In this document: positions 33,335 through 35,435 of the stretch, in pieces
Layout: the number at the start of each line of letters is the position of its first letter
How positions within the stretch are numbered: the stretch's first letter is position 1
Assembly: GCA_964534375.1 (NCBI GenBank)
Contig: CAZHPN010000048.1
Span: 1-35,435 of the forward strand
DNA: 35,435 nucleotides
Origin: an uncultured bacterium
GTDB lineage: Bacteria; Lernaellota; Lernaellaia; Lernaellales; Lernaellaceae
Direction: 5' to 3'
The notes under the pieces: model-generated
Databases searched by the model: none
Told to the model about the DNA's origin: nothing
Seen by the model: the letters and a program-made list of their open reading frames with translations, nothing else
Program-made: the position numbers and the translations under genes

Positions 33335-33486
33335 TTTTTGACAGGATCAACAGGATCAACGGGCCTGCCACGAGCGCAGTCGAGGGGATCAATTTCCCGG
33401 AGTCCGTTGTCGCGCCATCGTGTGGCGAACGAGCGCCATTGTTCACTGTTCGCTGATCCTGTTGATCCTGTTGATCCTGTCAAAAA
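33335..33486. mobile_element. MITE-like element with perfect 26-bp inverted arms made of ACAGGATCA nonamers
   Basis: TTTTTGACAGGATCAACAGGATCAAC (33335-33360) is the exact reverse complement of 33461-33486. It contains a nested TGTTCAC heptamer pair at 33440-33455. Confidence 0.65.
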
Positions 33487-33509
33487 AAACATCATCCCGG
33501 TGATCCTGT

Positions 33510-33556
33510 CCCTCACCCGCCTCGCTACGCGAGGCGACCTCTCCCAGAAGGAGAGG
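33510..33556. repeat. Third copy of the 47-nt double-hairpin element
   Basis: CCCTCACC-CGCCTCGC-TAC-GCGAGGCG-ACCTCTCC-CAGAA-GGAGAGG, homologous to 10304 and 10359. Confidence 0.85.
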
Positions 33557-33601
33557 TTCCTTTGCCCGGCCGGCCGCCGCGCAACCCCAGACGAGCCGCG
33601 C

Positions 33602-34417
33602 CTACTGCGGCAGGTACTGCAGCGGATCGACCGCCTTCGAGCCGATGCGCACCTGAAAATCCAGCATCGGCGTGACCGCGCGGCCGGTCTTGCCGACGGT
33701 GGCGATCTGCTGGCCGCTTTTCACGACGTCGCCTTTCTGCACGCTCATCGTTTTGTTGAACGAATAAATCGTGAAGAAATTGTCGTCGTGACGAATGACG
33801 ATCATGTTGCCGTAGCCCTTGAACTGGTCGGACGCCAGCACGACCTTGCCGTCGGCGGCGGCGACCACGGGCGAGCCTTCCGGCGCCGAGATTTCGATGC
33901 CGTGCGCGACGACGCCGTCGGCCTGCTCACCGAAGCGGCTGGTCACCTTGCCGCCCGGCGCCGGCCAGATGAACCGCGCCTTGCTGCTCGCCTTAGCGGC
34001 CGGCCCGACGCCGACGGCGGCCGGCGCGACCGCCGCGTTCTTGTCGGTTTTCTGCTTGTCGGCGAGCTGTTTCGGCGGATCTTTTTTCGGCTTGGCCGGC
34101 GGGGGCGTCGGCTCCGGCTCGTCGGGCGGCGGGGTCGCGTTTTTGGCCTGGTCCGCCGCCGGTTTTTGTTTGCTCGGCTTGGCTGCGTAGTCGGTTTTCT
34201 GCTGGCCCGGCAGCCGCGGGATTTTCAACTGCTCGCCGATCTGGAGGTTGTACGGATCGAGGCCCGGATTTTCCTTTTGCAGTTCCTGCACCGAAACGCC
34301 GTACTCCTTGCTCAGGCTGTACAGCGTGTCGCCCGGTCGGACGACGTGGTAGTACGCGCAGCCGACCGCCAGCGCCGACAGCAGCGCCACGATGGCCATC
34401 GCCGTTAGTCTACTCAC
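33602..34417 (-). CDS. nlpD: NlpD-like lipoprotein (LysM + degenerate M23/LytM)
   Basis: Lipobox AVGC, LysM (HVVRPGDTLYSLS...LQIGEQLKIP), Pro/Lys linker and M23 domain (FIWP...VVAAADGKV...YGNMIVIRH). GTG 34417 has a GGAGG RBS. Lies downstream of pcm. Confidence 0.85.
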   Translation of the reverse strand: MSRLTAMAIVALLSALAVGCAYYHVVRPGDTLYSLSKEYGVSVQELQKENPGLDPYNLQIGEQLKIPRLPGQQKTDYAAKPSKQKPAADQAKNATPPPDEPEPTPPPAKPKKDPPKQLADKQKTDKNAAVAPAAVGVGPAAKASSKARFIWPAPGGKVTSRFGEQADGVVAHGIEISAPEGSPVVAAADGKVVLASDQFKGYGNMIVIRHDDNFFTIYSFNKTMSVQKGDVVKSGQQIATVGKTGRAVTPMLDFQVRIGSKAVDPLQYLPQ

Positions 34418-34877
34418 GGCCGATTCCTCCTTTTTGGCACGCGACCCGCACCGCATCTTCCGGGTCGGCCGCCGCCGTCGCGCCGGGGATCGCCCACGAG
34501 CCGAGCCCCACCACCGGCTTGCCCAGCTTCAGCGCCACCGCGATCTCCGACAGCGTGCCGTAGCCGCCGGCGACGGCGATCAGCGCGTCGGCGCTGTGGG
34601 CCAGGATAACGTTGCGCGCGTGGCCCATGTTGGTGACGATCTCGACGTCGAGCTGCGCGTTGCCGTCGCCGCGCGCGCCGGTCGGCAGCACGCCGACCAC
34701 GAGCCCGCCGGCCTCTTTGGCGCCGCGGCTCGCCGCCTCCATCACGCCGCCGAGCCCGCCGGTCAACAGCGTCGCGCCGGCCCGGGCGATCGCCGCGCCG
34801 ACCCGTTGCGCGAGCGCCGCGGTTTCCGCGTCGCAGGCGGCCAGGCCGATGACGGCGATCTGCGGCCGGCGGTTCAT
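34410..34877 (-). CDS. TIGR00725 family (LOG/SLOG-like) protein
   Basis: TGGLGGVMEAASRGAKEAGG, TNMGHARNVI and GGYGTLSEIA motifs. Confidence 0.9.
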   Translation of the reverse strand: MNRRPQIAVIGLAACDAETAALAQRVGAAIARAGATLLTGGLGGVMEAASRGAKEAGGLVVGVLPTGARGDGNAQLDVEIVTNMGHARNVILAHSADALIAVAGGYGTLSEIAVALKLGKPVVGLGSWAIPGATAAADPEDAVRVACQKGGIGRE

Positions 34878-34878
34878 C

Positions 34879-35073
34879 TCAACCCACCAGGTATTTCACG
34901 ACGAGCAGCCCGATCGCCCATTTCATGATAATCAGGATCAGCAGCAGCGTCTGGTGCTCGTCGAGAAACGCGCGCGCCTGGCGGACGAACGGGGCGCGGG
35001 CCTCGAGTTCGTCCAGCGCCCGGCCGGCCCGGGCGGCCAGCGCTTCCCAGCGTGCGATGATGGCGGCGTTCAT
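34879..35073 (-). CDS. Small hypothetical membrane protein (64 aa)
   Basis: The ATG overlaps the pcm stop (ATGA) and has a GGGAGG RBS. It ends 1 nt before the next ATG and has a hydrophobic C-terminal segment. Confidence 0.6.
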   Translation of the reverse strand: MNAAIIARWEALAARAGRALDELEARAPFVRQARAFLDEHQTLLLILIIMKWAIGLLVVKYLVG

Positions 35074-35435
35074 TTTTCCTCCCAACCGTAGTGCCCGATC
35101 AGCGGCACGAAGCGCACCGGCCCCAGGTCTTCCTTGACGATGCGCTTGCGCTCGCGGATGAAGCGAAAGAGGGTTTGCGAAGCGCGGTCGCCGATCGGGA
35201 TGACCAGGCGGCCGCCGGTTTTCAGTTGTTCGATGTAGGGCTTGGGCTCGTCGGGCGCGGCGGCGGTGACGATGATGGCGTCGTAGGGCGCCTCTTCCTT
35301 CCAGCCGTGCGTGCCGTCGGCAATGCGCACCAGCACGTTGTGCAGCTTGAGTTCGGCGAAGAGTTTTTCGGCCGCGCGGCCGAGTTCGCGCACGCGTTCG
35401 ACGGTAAGCACCTGGCCGGCGAGTTGCGCGAGGAT
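35070..35435 (-). CDS. pcm: Protein-L-isoaspartate O-methyltransferase, 5'-truncated by the window edge
   Basis: TVER, DGTHGWKEEAPYDAIIVTAAA, QLKTGGRLVIPIG and VRFVPLIG motifs. Confidence 0.95.
   Translation of the reverse strand: MLAQLAGQVLTVERVRELGRAAEKLFAELKLHNVLVRIADGTHGWKEEAPYDAIIVTAAAPDEPKPYIEQLKTGGRLVIPIGDRASQTLFRFIRERKRIVKEDLGPVRFVPLIGHYGWEEK

Overview
High-GC bacterial chromosome segment with a Deltaproteobacteria-like gene set (taxonomy is inference). It carries mostly housekeeping genes: the end of a reduced flagellar cluster (fliM-fliN-flhG), an orphan beta-class DNA methyltransferase, a membrane GGDEF protein, a DUF1566 lipoprotein, a ~1000-aa GT-C-type membrane glycosyltransferase, a secreted PepF, gap-pgk-tpiA, yjbQ and a beta-CASP MBL nuclease. 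A metal locus follows: czcCBA-like RND pump plus a NarX/NarL-type two-component pair, divergent from an MntH-USP fusion. The window ends with an FG-GAP protein with an Asp-rich tail ending GCGC and pcm-TIGR00725-nlpD-apt-queE. I found no rRNA, tRNA, CRISPR array, transposase, integrase or reverse transcriptase. The most unusual signal is non-coding. Many intergenic gaps hold short 7-9-nt tandem arrays from several families, three of them paired as perfect 23-36-bp inverted arms around unrelated interiors. Nearly all follow one polarity rule: the purine-rich strand runs 5'->3' from the gene or promoter boundary into the gap. At least three REP-like hairpin families are also present, with no mobilising enzyme in the window.
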